64,000 nt of DNA from Solirubrobacterales bacterium (GCA_038326655.1 JBBQKG010000007.1:19067-83066); one strand, 5' to 3'; counted from the first letter of the stretch, positions 8,022 through 20,358 are shown. Made by a program: numbers and translations. Notes: a model not told the origin generated them from the sequence alone.

Positions 8022-9271
8022 GTGGTCGTCTCCGACATCGACCGTAGCGACTGCACGAAGTCGAGCACGGCGGCTGCGATGTCCGCCTTGCCGGCGAGCG
8101 GCACGTGGCGCTCCTCGCCCGGCGCAAGCATCGTCACCTCGTTCTCTTCGGAGTCGAAGCCGATGTCGGCGCGCGAGATGTCGTTCACGACGATCGCGTC
8201 GAGTTGCTTGCGCGCCAGCTTCTCGCGAGCCCGGTCGACGCCCGCCGGGCCGTGCTCGGCCGCGAACCCGATCAGCGACTGCCCCGGGCGGCGAAGCGAA
8301 GACGCCTCGGTGAGCACGTCCGGTGTGCGCACCAGCTCGACCGCGAGCGCATCGTGGGGCTCCTTCGAGATCTTGCCCTGCGCGGGCGTGGCGGGCCGGT
8401 AGTCCGCGACCGCGGCGGCCATCAGCAGCACGTCGCAGGCGGGGAACCCCTCGAGCGTGGCGCGGCGAAGCTCCTCGGCCGTCTCGACCCTCACAAAGGT
8501 GACGCCCGGCGGTGGCGGCAGGGCCGCGTTGGCCCCGACCAGCGTCACGTCGGCGCCCCGGCGGGCCGCTTCGGCTGCGAGCGCAAACCCCATGCGGCCG
8601 CTCGAGCGGTTGCCGAGGAAGCGCACGGCGTCGAGCGGCTCACGCGTGCCGCCCGCGGTCACGAGCACGCGCAGGCCGTCGAGGGGCCGCGGCGCCCCGG
8701 TACCAGCGGCCAGCTCGATCGCGGCGAGCAGCTCGACCGGCTCGGCGAGACGGCCGATCCCCCATTCACCGCGTGACGCCAGCGCGCCCGTCCCGGGGTC
8801 CACCACGTGGACACCCCGGGCGCGCAGCGTGTCGAGGTTCGCCTGCGTGGCGGGATGCTCGAACATGCGGTTGTTCATCGCCGGGGCGAGCACAATCGGC
8901 CCCGCACACGCGAGGTAGGCGGCGGTCACCATGTTGTCCGCGAGCCCGGTCGCGAGCTTCGCGATCGTGTTGGCCGTCGCCGGCGCGATGCAGTAGACGT
9001 CGCAGCGGGCCGCCAGCTCGAGGTGGCCGATCGGGTCGTGGTCGGGCGCCGCCTCCCCGGGAAACGTGCCGCGGGCAGGGTCACGCTCGAACTCTCCGAC
9101 CAGCACGGGCGCACCCGTGATGCCCTCGAACGTCGCCCGACCCACGAACTCGAGCGAGCCGGGGGTCTGGAGCACCCGCACGGCGTGCCCCGCCCTGGTC
9201 GCGAGGCGCGCGAGCTCGACCGCCTTGTAGGCGGAGATGCCACCGCTTGCGCCGAGCAGGATCCTTGCCAC
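8018..9271 (-). CDS. coaBC: Bifunctional phosphopantothenoylcysteine decarboxylase / phosphopantothenate-cysteine ligase
   Basis: 417 aa. Flavoprotein N-terminus ILLGASGGISAYKAVELARL; CoaB motif VTAGGTREPLDAVRFLGNRSSGRMG. Confidence 0.95.
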   Translation of the reverse strand: MARILLGASGGISAYKAVELARLATRAGHAVRVLQTPGSLEFVGRATFEGITGAPVLVGEFERDPARGTFPGEAAPDHDPIGHLELAARCDVYCIAPATANTIAKLATGLADNMVTAAYLACAGPIVLAPAMNNRMFEHPATQANLDTLRARGVHVVDPGTGALASRGEWGIGRLAEPVELLAAIELAAGTGAPRPLDGLRVLVTAGGTREPLDAVRFLGNRSSGRMGFALAAEAARRGADVTLVGANAALPPPPGVTFVRVETAEELRRATLEGFPACDVLLMAAAVADYRPATPAQGKISKEPHDALAVELVRTPDVLTEASSLRRPGQSLIGFAAEHGPAGVDRAREKLARKQLDAIVVNDISRADIGFDSEENEVTMLAPGEERHVPLAGKADIAAAVLDFVQSLRSMSETTT

Positions 9272-9297
9272 GCGCGCTCCCCTCCGGGCCGCCTGCG

Positions 9298-9528
9298 TCA
9301 GACGCGGTAGCGCGAGCGGATCTTGCCCTGAGCGACCTCTTCGAGCGCGATCGTCAGGTAGTTCTTCGAAGGCGTGTCGACCATCGGCGGGGGGAACTCC
9401 TCGAAGACTCCCTCGCCGAGCGTGTGGTAGTAGTTGTTGATCTGGCGGGCCCGCTTCGCCGCCACGATGACTGCCGCGTAATTGGAGTCGACGTGTTTGA
9501 GCAGGCTGTCGATGCGCGGATAAATCAA
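9298..9528 (-). CDS. rpoZ: DNA-directed RNA polymerase subunit omega
   Basis: 76 aa. Contains NYAAVIVAAKRARQIN, the RpoZ signature. TTG start 6 nt behind GGAGCA. Position gmk-rpoZ-coaBC. Confidence 0.85.
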   Translation of the reverse strand: MIYPRIDSLLKHVDSNYAAVIVAAKRARQINNYYHTLGEGVFEEFPPPMVDTPSKNYLTIALEEVAQGKIRSRYRV

Positions 9529-9585
9529 GAGAAATGCTCCTATCGCCGGGCTGCGGCCCCTACCGCAGTCTCCGGTGATCTTACA

Positions 9586-10188
9586 TCAGGCCTTTTCGCC
9601 TTCCTCGAGCGCCGCGGCGGCCTGGTCCTGAGCGGTCACCGCGCGCACCAGCCCCGCAAGCTCCTCCGCGGCCCGGTCGAGGTCGTCGTTGACGATCACG
9701 TGCCCGAACTCCTCGCGCGCTGCCAGCTCCTCCTGAGCGGCCGCGAGCCGACGTTCGATCTCATCCGGGCGGTCGGTCGCCCGCCCCACGAGGCGCTCGC
9801 GCAGGGCATGGGGGGAAGGCGGGGCGATGAAGACCTGGACCGCCTCCGGCATCGCCTCACGCACCTGCCGGGCGCCCTGGACCTCGATCTCCAGCACGAC
9901 GCCGGTGCCGCGGGCCAGGCGCGGCTCGACCTCCGTCCGCAGGGTCCCGTAGCTGTTCCCCGCGTAGGTCGCGTGCTCGAGCAGCTCGCCGTTCTGCGCG
10001 AGCCGGTCGAACTCCCTGCCGGACATGAAGTGGTATTCGACGCCGTCGCGCTCGCCGGGGCGGGGAGGGCGCGTGGTGGCCGAGACCGACAGCTCGAGCC
10101 CGGGCACCTCCCGGAGCAGGCGCCGGATCAGGGTGCCCTTGCCGACCCCTGACGGCCCGGTGATGACGAATAGCCGCCCGGTGGTCAA
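9586..10188 (-). CDS. gmk: Guanylate kinase
   Basis: 200 aa. P-loop GPSGVGKGT and SATTRPPRPGERDGVEYHF. Confidence 0.95.
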   Translation of the reverse strand: MTTGRLFVITGPSGVGKGTLIRRLLREVPGLELSVSATTRPPRPGERDGVEYHFMSGREFDRLAQNGELLEHATYAGNSYGTLRTEVEPRLARGTGVVLEIEVQGARQVREAMPEAVQVFIAPPSPHALRERLVGRATDRPDEIERRLAAAQEELAAREEFGHVIVNDDLDRAAEELAGLVRAVTAQDQAAAALEEGEKA

Positions 10189-10239
10189 CGGGCCTCGACG
10201 CTCTGGCCGCGGGGCCGCGTCAAACCGCCTAGGGGGTCA

Positions 10240-10572
10240 CTAGTTACGGAAGTGACTGACCAGCTCGGCGCGCTGGCGCTGCGAGAGGCCGCCGAGCGTC
10301 TTGCTCGGGGAGATCCGGCACTGGGCGAGGATCTTGTTGACCTTCACGTGGCCGTACTTCGGGACCGCCAGCAGCATGTCCGACACCTTCGCGCTCTGGA
10401 TGTACTCCGGGGGCGAGAGCAGCAGCACGTTGATGTTCGCGCGGCCGGCGCGAAGGTCTTTTTTCAGCTGAGCCCTCCTCGTGCGAACGCGGTTCGCCTC
10501 GTTGAGCGCATCCATTCGTTGCGTCAAGGAACGCTCCGGCGCGCCCGAGGGGGACTTGGTGGCGGCGGGCAT
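10240..10572 (-). CDS. mihF: Actinobacterial-type integration host factor (mIHF)
   Basis: 110 aa. The C-terminal part KVSDMLLAVPKYGHVKVNKILAQCRISPSKTLGGLSQRQRAELV matches the MihF family as I know it. Lies directly upstream of gmk, as in mycobacteria and streptomycetes. Confidence 0.85.
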   Translation of the reverse strand: MPAATKSPSGAPERSLTQRMDALNEANRVRTRRAQLKKDLRAGRANINVLLLSPPEYIQSAKVSDMLLAVPKYGHVKVNKILAQCRISPSKTLGGLSQRQRAELVSHFRN

Positions 10573-10580
10573 GGGCGGCG

Positions 10581-10608
10581 ATTATACGCACGGCAAAGCG
10601 GCGTGCAA
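10581..10608 (-). promoter_or_regulatory. Sigma-70-like promoter (TTGCAC-16-TATAAT) whose -10 box ends 8 nt before the mihF ATG (leaderless mRNA predicted)
   Basis: The minus strand reads cTTGCACgccgctttgccgtgcgTATAATcgccgcccATG. Confidence 0.45.
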
Positions 10609-10652
10609 GATGCGCTTCGAAAAAACTTTCGCAAATAAACCGAGAATTGAGG

Positions 10653-10673
10653 TCGACCTCGTGCGGAGGTCGA
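10653..10673 (-). terminator. Hairpin (UCGACCUC-5nt-GAGGUCGA) followed by a T-rich stretch, downstream of pyrD
   Basis: 8-bp stem read directly. The T-rich run (ggtttatttgcgaaagtttttt) is not immediately adjacent, so termination activity is uncertain. Confidence 0.35.
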
Positions 10674-10728
10674 GGGCGCTTGAGGCAGGTTCACTTTTGA
10701 CCTGCATTTTCACAGCTTTTTAAAACGC

Positions 10729-11676
10729 TCAGACGACGCGCGGGTAGTCGGCGAGTCGCGCGACGCGCGACTTCGACAGTAGCTGCGCAAGCTCTTCGCG
10801 CACTCGCTCGGCGGCCGCCGGATCGCGGAAGCTCTCGGTTCCGACTGCGACGCAGGTCGCCCCGGCGGCGAGGAAGTCGAGCGCGTCGCGGCCGCATCGA
10901 ATCCCTCCCATGCCGACCACCGGGAGGGTCGTGCGCGAGGCGACCTGGTGCACCTGCTCGAGCGCCACCGCCCGCACCCCCGGCCCCGACAGGCCGCCGC
11001 TGCCGGCGCCGAGCCAGGCGCTTCCCGAGGCGCTCTCGAGAGCCGGATCGATCGCCCGGGCGCGAAGCGTGTTGATCAGCGAGACGGCGTCGGCGCCACC
11101 GTGCTCGGCGGCCACCGCGACCCCGCCGACGTCGCTCGCATTGGGCGTGAGCTTCACGATCAGAGGCTTCGACGTGAGCGGCCGCACGCGGTGCATCAGG
11201 GTCGCGGTCTCGTGCGGGTCGTCCCCCATGACGCAGCCCGACTTGACGTTGGGACAGGACACGTTCAGCTCGAGGGCGGCGACCTCGGTGCGTGCCGCGA
11301 CACCCTCGACGAGCGTCGCGAACTCGTCGTGGCCGAACCCCGCAACGCTCACGATCAGCGGCACGGGGACGGTTGCGAGCACCGGCAGGTCGTGCTCCAG
11401 GAAGCCGTCGAGGCCCTTGTTCGGAAGACCGATCGAGTTGATCAGCCCCGCCGGCGCCTCCCAGAGCCGCGGCGGCGGGTTGCCGTCGCGACGTTCGACC
11501 GTGATCGTCTTCGATACGAACGCGGAGAACGGAAACCGCTCACGCAAGCCGTCGCCGAACGTGCGCAGGGCTGCGATCGCGTCGAAGGTGCCGGACCCGT
11601 TCAGGACCGGATGGCGGAGCTCGAGCCCGGCCAGGCCGGTTGCCAGGTCGGGCGCCGCGGTCAGCGCTCCAGCCAC
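10729..11676 (-). CDS. pyrD: Dihydroorotate dehydrogenase, class 1B catalytic subunit
   Basis: Contains NGSGTFDA, INSIGLPNKG, LELNVSCPNV and GGLSGPGVRAVAL. GTG 11676 is chosen as start (16-nt overlap with pyrK); the tracked 380-aa ORF is over-extended. Confidence 0.9.
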   Translation of the reverse strand: MAGALTAAPDLATGLAGLELRHPVLNGSGTFDAIAALRTFGDGLRERFPFSAFVSKTITVERRDGNPPPRLWEAPAGLINSIGLPNKGLDGFLEHDLPVLATVPVPLIVSVAGFGHDEFATLVEGVAARTEVAALELNVSCPNVKSGCVMGDDPHETATLMHRVRPLTSKPLIVKLTPNASDVGGVAVAAEHGGADAVSLINTLRARAIDPALESASGSAWLGAGSGGLSGPGVRAVALEQVHQVASRTTLPVVGMGGIRCGRDALDFLAAGATCVAVGTESFRDPAAAERVREELAQLLSKSRVARLADYPRVV

Positions 11677-12448
11677 GACTCCTCCAGGTCCGAGGCCGCC
11701 ACCACCGGCCCGTCGACGCAGATCCGCCGGTAGCCGTCGCGCGTGAGGACGACGCACCCGAAGCAGGCGCCGAAGCCGCACGCCATCGCCTCCTCGAGCG
11801 CGAGCTCCGCGGCCACGGTGCGCTCCGCGCAGAGAGCGCGCACCGATTCGAGCATCGCCGGTGGGCCGCATGCATAGACGACCGCGCTCGGGGTCTGGTC
11901 GAGCTCGTCCACGAGCAGCTCCGTCACGAGGCCGTGGTGGCCGGCTGACCCGTCGTCGGTCGCGAGCACCGGCGGTGCGGGCAAGAGGCCGGCGGCCTCG
12001 GCGTAACCAGAATCGCGAAAGCCGGCCAGCACGAGCGGGTCACGGCCGGCGTCGCGAAGCGACTCGGCCAGGATCACCAGGGGCGCAAGCCCCACCCCGC
12101 CGGCGACGAGCACCGGCCGCGCTTCCCGCGCCGGAGGCGAGAAGCCGATGCCGAGCGGGCCGACGAGCCACATGCCCTCGCCCTGGTCGAGCGCGGCGAG
12201 CCGCTCCGTGCCCGGACCGATCGCATCGACGAGAAACCCGAGCCGCTCGCCGCGGACACGGCAGACCGAGAACGCGCGAGCGAGATGCGGACGTCCATCC
12301 GCCCCGCCCCAGCCGCGCGCCGCCGCGAGCATGTAGAACTGCCCCGCAAGCGGCGGCGGCCCCGATCGGTCGGCGACCTCCACGAGCCTGTAGGGCCCGG
12401 CCGCCTGGTTGGCCGTCACCTCGCAGAGCCGGCGTCCGAAGGGCGCTG

Positions 12449-12452
<4 letters not shown>
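11661..12452 (-). CDS. pyrK: Dihydroorotate dehydrogenase electron-transfer subunit (FAD / 2Fe-2S)
   Basis: GTG 12452 (GTGA overlap with the carB stop). Contains [13 protein letters not shown] and a C-terminal Cys cluster [12 protein letters not shown]...C. Confidence 0.85.
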
Positions 12453-15656
<3,204 letters not shown>

Positions 15657-15664
<8 letters not shown>

Positions 15665-16817
15665 GCACCATGTCCACGAAACGGTCGAAGAGATAGAGCG
15701 AGTCGTGCGGCCCCGGTCCTGCTTCCGGGTGGTACTGGACGCAGGCGGCGGGCACATCGTGCAGCACGAGGCCCTCGACCGTGCGGTCGTAGAGGTTCAC
15801 GTGCGAAAGCTCCGCGGCGCCGAAGTCGGTCTCGCAGCGGACCGGCTCGTCCGCGTCGATCGCCTTGGCGCCACCGGGCCCGAGTACCGCGAACCCGTGG
15901 TTCTGCGCTGTGATCTCGATCTTGCCCGTGGAGAGGTCCTTGACCGGGTGGTTCGCCCCGCGGTGGCCGAAGCGCAGCTTGAACGTGTCCAGCCCAACCG
16001 CCCGGCAGAGCAACTGGTGGCCGAGGCAGATGCCGAAGACGGGAAGCTTGCCGACGAGCGCTCGGACCGTTCCGACGACGTGGTCGAGCGCCGCAGGGTC
16101 GCCCGGCCCGTTCGCCAGGAAGACGGCGTCCGGCTGCTGGTCGAGGACGTCCTGGGCCGAGCTTCCGCAGGGCATCAGCACGAGGCGGCAGTCACGCTGA
16201 CGGAGGTTTTCGACGATCGAGCGCTTGATGCCCGTGTCGAGCGCCACCACCTTGGGGCCGGAGCCCTCGTCGAACACGATCGGCTCGCGCGGCGTGACCT
16301 CGGCGGCGAGGTCGCGCCCGTCCATCGAGGGCTCGGCGGCGATCAGGTCGCGCGCCTCCTGGTCGCTCATCTCGCCGGGGAAAACACCGCCGAGCATCGC
16401 GCCCCGCTCCCGCAGGTGGCGGACGAGTGCCCGCGTGTCGACGCCGCCGATCCCCGGGACGCCCTCTGACGCGAGCCAGTCGAGCCAGCCTGCGCCGGCG
16501 TCTTCCGGGCGGCTGTTCATGCCCTCGCGCATGATCACCGCGCGGGCATGGATCCGGCCCGACTCCATGTTCGCGTCGCTGACCCCGTAGTTGCCGATCA
16601 GCGGATAGGTGAAAGTGATGATCTGCGCGTCGTACGAGGGGTCGGTGACCGCCTCCTGGTAGCCGGTCATCGCGGTGTTGAACACGACCTCGCCGACCGC
16701 GGCCACGGGCGCTCCGACGGCGATCCCATGAAGCCGCGTGCCATCCTCGAGTAGAACAAACGCCGTCCCGCCCGAAACCGGTCGATCTGCTTGCAGATCG
16801 ACCGCGCTTTCTCTCAT
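15657..16817 (-). CDS. carA: Carbamoyl-phosphate synthase small (glutaminase) subunit
   Basis: ATG 16817 (ATGA overlap with the upstream gene). Contains GICLGHQLL (catalytic Cys), NHGFAV and QYHPE. Confidence 0.95.
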
Positions 16818-17350
16818 TTCACAAGCCTCTGGATGTCCTTGAACTCCGGCGAGCCGGCGCCCCGCAGCAGCTCGAACAACGCCGTCTCGACGCTCGTCAC
16901 GTAGGCGCCGCTTCGCTCCATCTTGTGGAGGCCGAGATCCCGGTTCTCCGCCGTCCGCGAGGTCACCGCGTCCTTGACCACGTGCACTCCCCGGCCAGTC
17001 GTGAGCAGGTCCTCGGCGGTCTGGTTCACGCACACGTGCGACTCGATCCCGCAGAGCAGCACCTGATCGCGAACGTCCAGCGCGGTCGGGAACCCGTCCG
17101 CGTCGAGCGCACTGAAGGCGACCTTCTCCATCCTCGGCACACCCTCGAGGTGCTCGGCGACCTCGGGGACGGTCTCGCCGAGGCCCTTTGGATACTGCTC
17201 GGTGACGAGCACCGGCAGGCCGAGCATGCGGGCGCCCTGCACGAGCGTCGCGACGTTCGCCGCGACGCGGTCGAAGTCGAGCACCGCCGGGCGGAATGCC
17301 TCCTGAACGTCGATCACGGCGAGCGCCGTACGGCCCCGGTCGAGCTTCAC
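16814..17350 (-). CDS. Isochorismatase-family cysteine hydrolase embedded in the pyr operon
   Basis: GTG 17350 (GTGA overlap with the pyrC stop) gives VKLDRGRTALAVIDVQEAF...VLLCGIESHVCVNQT (Asp and Cys of the family triad), 178 aa. The stop overlaps the carA ATG. Confidence 0.8.
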   Translation of the reverse strand: MKLDRGRTALAVIDVQEAFRPAVLDFDRVAANVATLVQGARMLGLPVLVTEQYPKGLGETVPEVAEHLEGVPRMEKVAFSALDADGFPTALDVRDQVLLCGIESHVCVNQTAEDLLTTGRGVHVVKDAVTSRTAENRDLGLHKMERSGAYVTSVETALFELLRGAGSPEFKDIQRLVK

Positions 17351-18723
17351 CGGCGCGCCTCGCGCCCGGCGAACATCGAGCCCTCCGCGAGCCGGATCGC
17401 GAAGTTGCGGTCCCGGTAGGCGACAGTGCCGGCGGCGACGGTCATCAGCACGCGCCCGTTGAGGTCGCGTCCCGCGAAGCACGAGTTCTCGGAGCGGCTC
17501 TCGTAGCCCGCCTCGCCGACGGTCCACGGCGCATCGAGATCGACCAGGCAGAAGTTCGCGCGTGCTCCGGGCGCAAGCGTCGGCGCGGCGAGCCCGTACG
17601 GAGCGCCGCCTGCCGTGATGCGCCGGATGAGCAGGTCGAGGTCGATCACGCCCGGCTGGACGAGATTGGTGTAGATCGCGGCGAACGCGGTCTCGAGGCC
17701 GGTCACTCCCATCGGCGCCTGTTCGAACGGCGCCTCCTTCTCCTCGCGCGAGTGCGGCGCGTGGTCGGTCGCGATGCAGTCGATGACGCCCGAGCGAAGG
17801 CCCTCGATCAGCGCCGTGCGGTCCGCCTCCGAGCGCAGCGGCGGATTCATCTTGAAGCGGGGGTCGAGCTCGCGGACGGCTACGTCGGTGAGGGTCAAGT
17901 GGTGCGGAGTGACCTCGCAGGTGATCTCCACGCCCGCCTGCTTGGCCCGCTCGACCGCCGCCACGGACTCGGCCGCCGACAAGTGGAGGATGTGAAGGCG
18001 GCCGCGCTCGTAGCGAGCGATCCCGGCGTCGCGCTCGATCGCCGTGCTCTCGGAGATCGAGGGGATGCCGGCGAGGCCCAGCAGGGCGGAGACCGCCCCT
18101 TCGTGCATGACGCCGTCGGCCGATAGCGATGGGTCCTCTTCGTGGAGCGCCAGCACGCCGCCGCAGAGGCGTTGATACTGGAACGCCTGGCGAAGTCGTC
18201 GTGCGTCGGCGACGGGCACGCCGTCGTCGGTGAAGCCGACCGCGCCCTCGCGCCCGAGCTCCACCATCTCGGTCAGCTCCGACCCGTGCTGGCCCCTGGT
18301 GATCGCGGCGAGGAAGCCGACCGGCACGACCGCCTCCACCGCTGCCCGCTGCTGGAGCGAGCGCAGCACGGCGGCGTTGTCGACGACGGGCTCCGTGTTG
18401 GGCATCGCGAGCACGCAGCAGAAGCCGCCCGCGGCGGCCGCCCGCGTGCCCGACTCGAGGTCCTCCTCGTCCTCCCGGCCCGGCGTCCGGAGGTGGACGT
18501 GCGGGTCCACGAAGCCGGGAAACAGGTGCAGGCCCTCGCCGTCGATCGACTCGACACCGTCGCCCCGCTCGAGCGTGCCGGCGGGTGCCAGCTCGGCGAC
18601 CTCTCCGTCCCGGACGAGCACGTCGTGCGGCCCGTCGATCGCGGCCGCGGGGTCGAGCGCGTGGACGCCCGTGACGAGCACCGCGGCCGGTGGCCCGCCG
18701 CGTGCCGAGAGCCGAACCCTCAC
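17347..18723 (-). CDS. pyrC: Dihydroorotase
   Basis: GTG 18723 (GTGA overlap with the pyrB stop). Contains DPHVHLRTPG and IDCIATDHAPH (amidohydrolase metal ligands). Confidence 0.9.
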   Translation of the reverse strand: MRVRLSARGGPPAAVLVTGVHALDPAAAIDGPHDVLVRDGEVAELAPAGTLERGDGVESIDGEGLHLFPGFVDPHVHLRTPGREDEEDLESGTRAAAAGGFCCVLAMPNTEPVVDNAAVLRSLQQRAAVEAVVPVGFLAAITRGQHGSELTEMVELGREGAVGFTDDGVPVADARRLRQAFQYQRLCGGVLALHEEDPSLSADGVMHEGAVSALLGLAGIPSISESTAIERDAGIARYERGRLHILHLSAAESVAAVERAKQAGVEITCEVTPHHLTLTDVAVRELDPRFKMNPPLRSEADRTALIEGLRSGVIDCIATDHAPHSREEKEAPFEQAPMGVTGLETAFAAIYTNLVQPGVIDLDLLIRRITAGGAPYGLAAPTLAPGARANFCLVDLDAPWTVGEAGYESRSENSCFAGRDLNGRVLMTVAAGTVAYRDRNFAIRLAEGSMFAGREARR

Positions 18724-19691
18724 GCTGGTTGCTCCACCGCGGGCGCTGGAGACCCTGCGCGCGGACCGTCGTCGGGCGCCGCCGAGAGCAGCTCGTAGAG
18801 GATCGCCATGCGCACCACCACACCGCTTGCGACCTGATCGGCGATCAGCGTCTGAGGCGAGTCGGTGACCTCGGCCGACAGCTCGACCCCGCGGTTGACC
18901 GGCCCCGGGTGCATGAGCAGCTGGCCGGGCTGGAGGCGGCGCGAGTCGATCTGGAAGCACGAGACGTACTCGCGCACGGAGGGGATGAAGTAGCCGTGGT
19001 CGCGGTCGGGGCTCCGGTCCATGCGCTCCTGCTGCATCCGCAGCGCATAGATCACGTCGGCCTCGCCGAGCCGCTCGAGGTCATAGGCGATCTCGCAGCC
19101 GAGCGTCTCGAAGTCCCGGGGGATCAGGGTCGGCGGTCCGGCGACCGTCACGCGGGCGCCCATGCGCGTGAAGGCGAGCACGTTGGAGCGCGCGACGCGG
19201 CTGTGCATCACGTCGCCCACGATCCAGATCTCGATCCCCTCGAGGCTCCCGGTGCGGCGGCGCAGCGTGAACAAGTCGAGCAGCGCCTGGCTCGGGTGCT
19301 CGTGCTTGCCGTCACCCGCATTCACGACCGACGCAGACGAGTTCCGGGCGACGATCTCGGCGGCCCCGGCCCACGGAGACCGGATCACGATCGCGGCCGG
19401 ATCGTAAGCGGACAGCGTCGCGACCGTGTCCTTCAGCGATTCTCCCTTGTCCACCGACGAGCCGGCCGAACGGATGCTGATCAGGTCGGCGGAGAGGCGC
19501 TTGGCGGCCAGCTCGAACGAAGAGCTCGTGCGCGTGCTGGCCTCGTAGAAGAGGTTGACGACGGTCCGCCCCCGCAGCGTCGGCACCTTCTTGATGTCGC
19601 GATCGGCGACCTCCGCGAAGCTGTCGGCGATCGCAAGGATCCGCTCGATGTCGGCGCGACTGAGGTCGGCGATCGTCAGCAGATGCTTCAT
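18720..19691 (-). CDS. pyrB: Aspartate carbamoyltransferase catalytic subunit
   Basis: ATG 19691 (ATGA overlap with the pyrR stop). Contains EASTRTSSSFELAAKRL, HEHPSQALLD and LMHPGPVNRG. Confidence 0.95.
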   Translation of the reverse strand: MKHLLTIADLSRADIERILAIADSFAEVADRDIKKVPTLRGRTVVNLFYEASTRTSSSFELAAKRLSADLISIRSAGSSVDKGESLKDTVATLSAYDPAAIVIRSPWAGAAEIVARNSSASVVNAGDGKHEHPSQALLDLFTLRRRTGSLEGIEIWIVGDVMHSRVARSNVLAFTRMGARVTVAGPPTLIPRDFETLGCEIAYDLERLGEADVIYALRMQQERMDRSPDRDHGYFIPSVREYVSCFQIDSRRLQPGQLLMHPGPVNRGVELSAEVTDSPQTLIADQVASGVVVRMAILYELLSAAPDDGPRAGSPAPAVEQPA

Positions 19692-20269
19692 GAGGGGGGG
19701 CCCTCTGTCAACCCGACCGTCGGCTTGCCGACGGTCGGCAGTTGTTCCACTTCGACCTCGTCCACGCCGTCCTCCTCCTCGAGGCGCACGTAGACCCGCT
19801 CCGAGCGCGCGGTCGGCAGGTTCTTCCCGACGTAGTCCGGGCGGATCGGGAGCTCCCGGTGGCCGCGGTCGACGAGCACCGCGAGCTGCACGCACGCGGG
19901 GCGCCCGTAGTCGAAGAGCGCCTCGATTCCCGCCCGCGCCGTCCGTCCGGTGTAGAGCACGTCGTCGACCAGCACGACCGTGGTCTCCTCGAGCGGGAAG
20001 TCGATCCGCGAGGAGTTGACCACCGGCTGGCTCGCCGGGCGCCGCGCGCCGACGTCGTCCCGGTAGAAGCTGATGTCGATCTCGCCCAGCGGCACCGGCC
20101 GGCCGAGCAGCTCCTCGATCATGGCCCGAAGCCGGCGTGCCATCAACGCGCCACGCGTGTGTATGCCGACCAGCGCGATCGGCCGATCGCCGTTTCGCTC
20201 GACGATCTCGTGCGCGACGCGCAGCAGCGTTCGACGTAGGTCCTCGCGGTCGAGGACGGCATGACTCAA
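19688..20269 (-). CDS. pyrR: Bifunctional pyr operon regulator / uracil phosphoribosyltransferase PyrR
   Basis: 193 aa. PRPP-binding motif VVLVDDVLYTGRTARA. TTG start behind AGGAAGGGG. First gene of the pyr operon. Confidence 0.95.
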   Translation of the reverse strand: MSHAVLDREDLRRTLLRVAHEIVERNGDRPIALVGIHTRGALMARRLRAMIEELLGRPVPLGEIDISFYRDDVGARRPASQPVVNSSRIDFPLEETTVVLVDDVLYTGRTARAGIEALFDYGRPACVQLAVLVDRGHRELPIRPDYVGKNLPTARSERVYVRLEEEDGVDEVEVEQLPTVGKPTVGLTEGPPS

Positions 20270-20277
20270 GTTGCGTG

Positions 20278-20320
20278 CCCCTTCCTAGCCTCGCAGGACC
20301 GGATTAAAGGAACCGACAGG
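20278..20320 (-). promoter_or_regulatory. Putative PyrR-binding RNA hairpin overlapping the pyrR Shine-Dalgarno
   Basis: The minus-strand leader reads GUUCCUUUAAUCCGGUCCUGCGAGGCUAGGAAGGGG. This resembles the PyrR binding loop (UCC.G.GAGGCU plus flanking UUUAA and AAGG) as I recall it. UUCCU pairs with the AGGAA of the SD. Confidence 0.55.
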
Positions 20321-20358
20321 GCGAGTGTAACAGCGGTGCCCGACGAGCCGGCGCGGGC

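Noticed and set aside
16814-18823. A 669-codon ORF suggesting a large fusion protein upstream of carA.
   Set aside because: Only the last 178 codons (isochorismatase-like) look real. The upstream 490 codons are an out-of-frame reading of pyrC with Arg/Gly/Pro junk. The GTGA junction at 17347..17350 gives a clean start.
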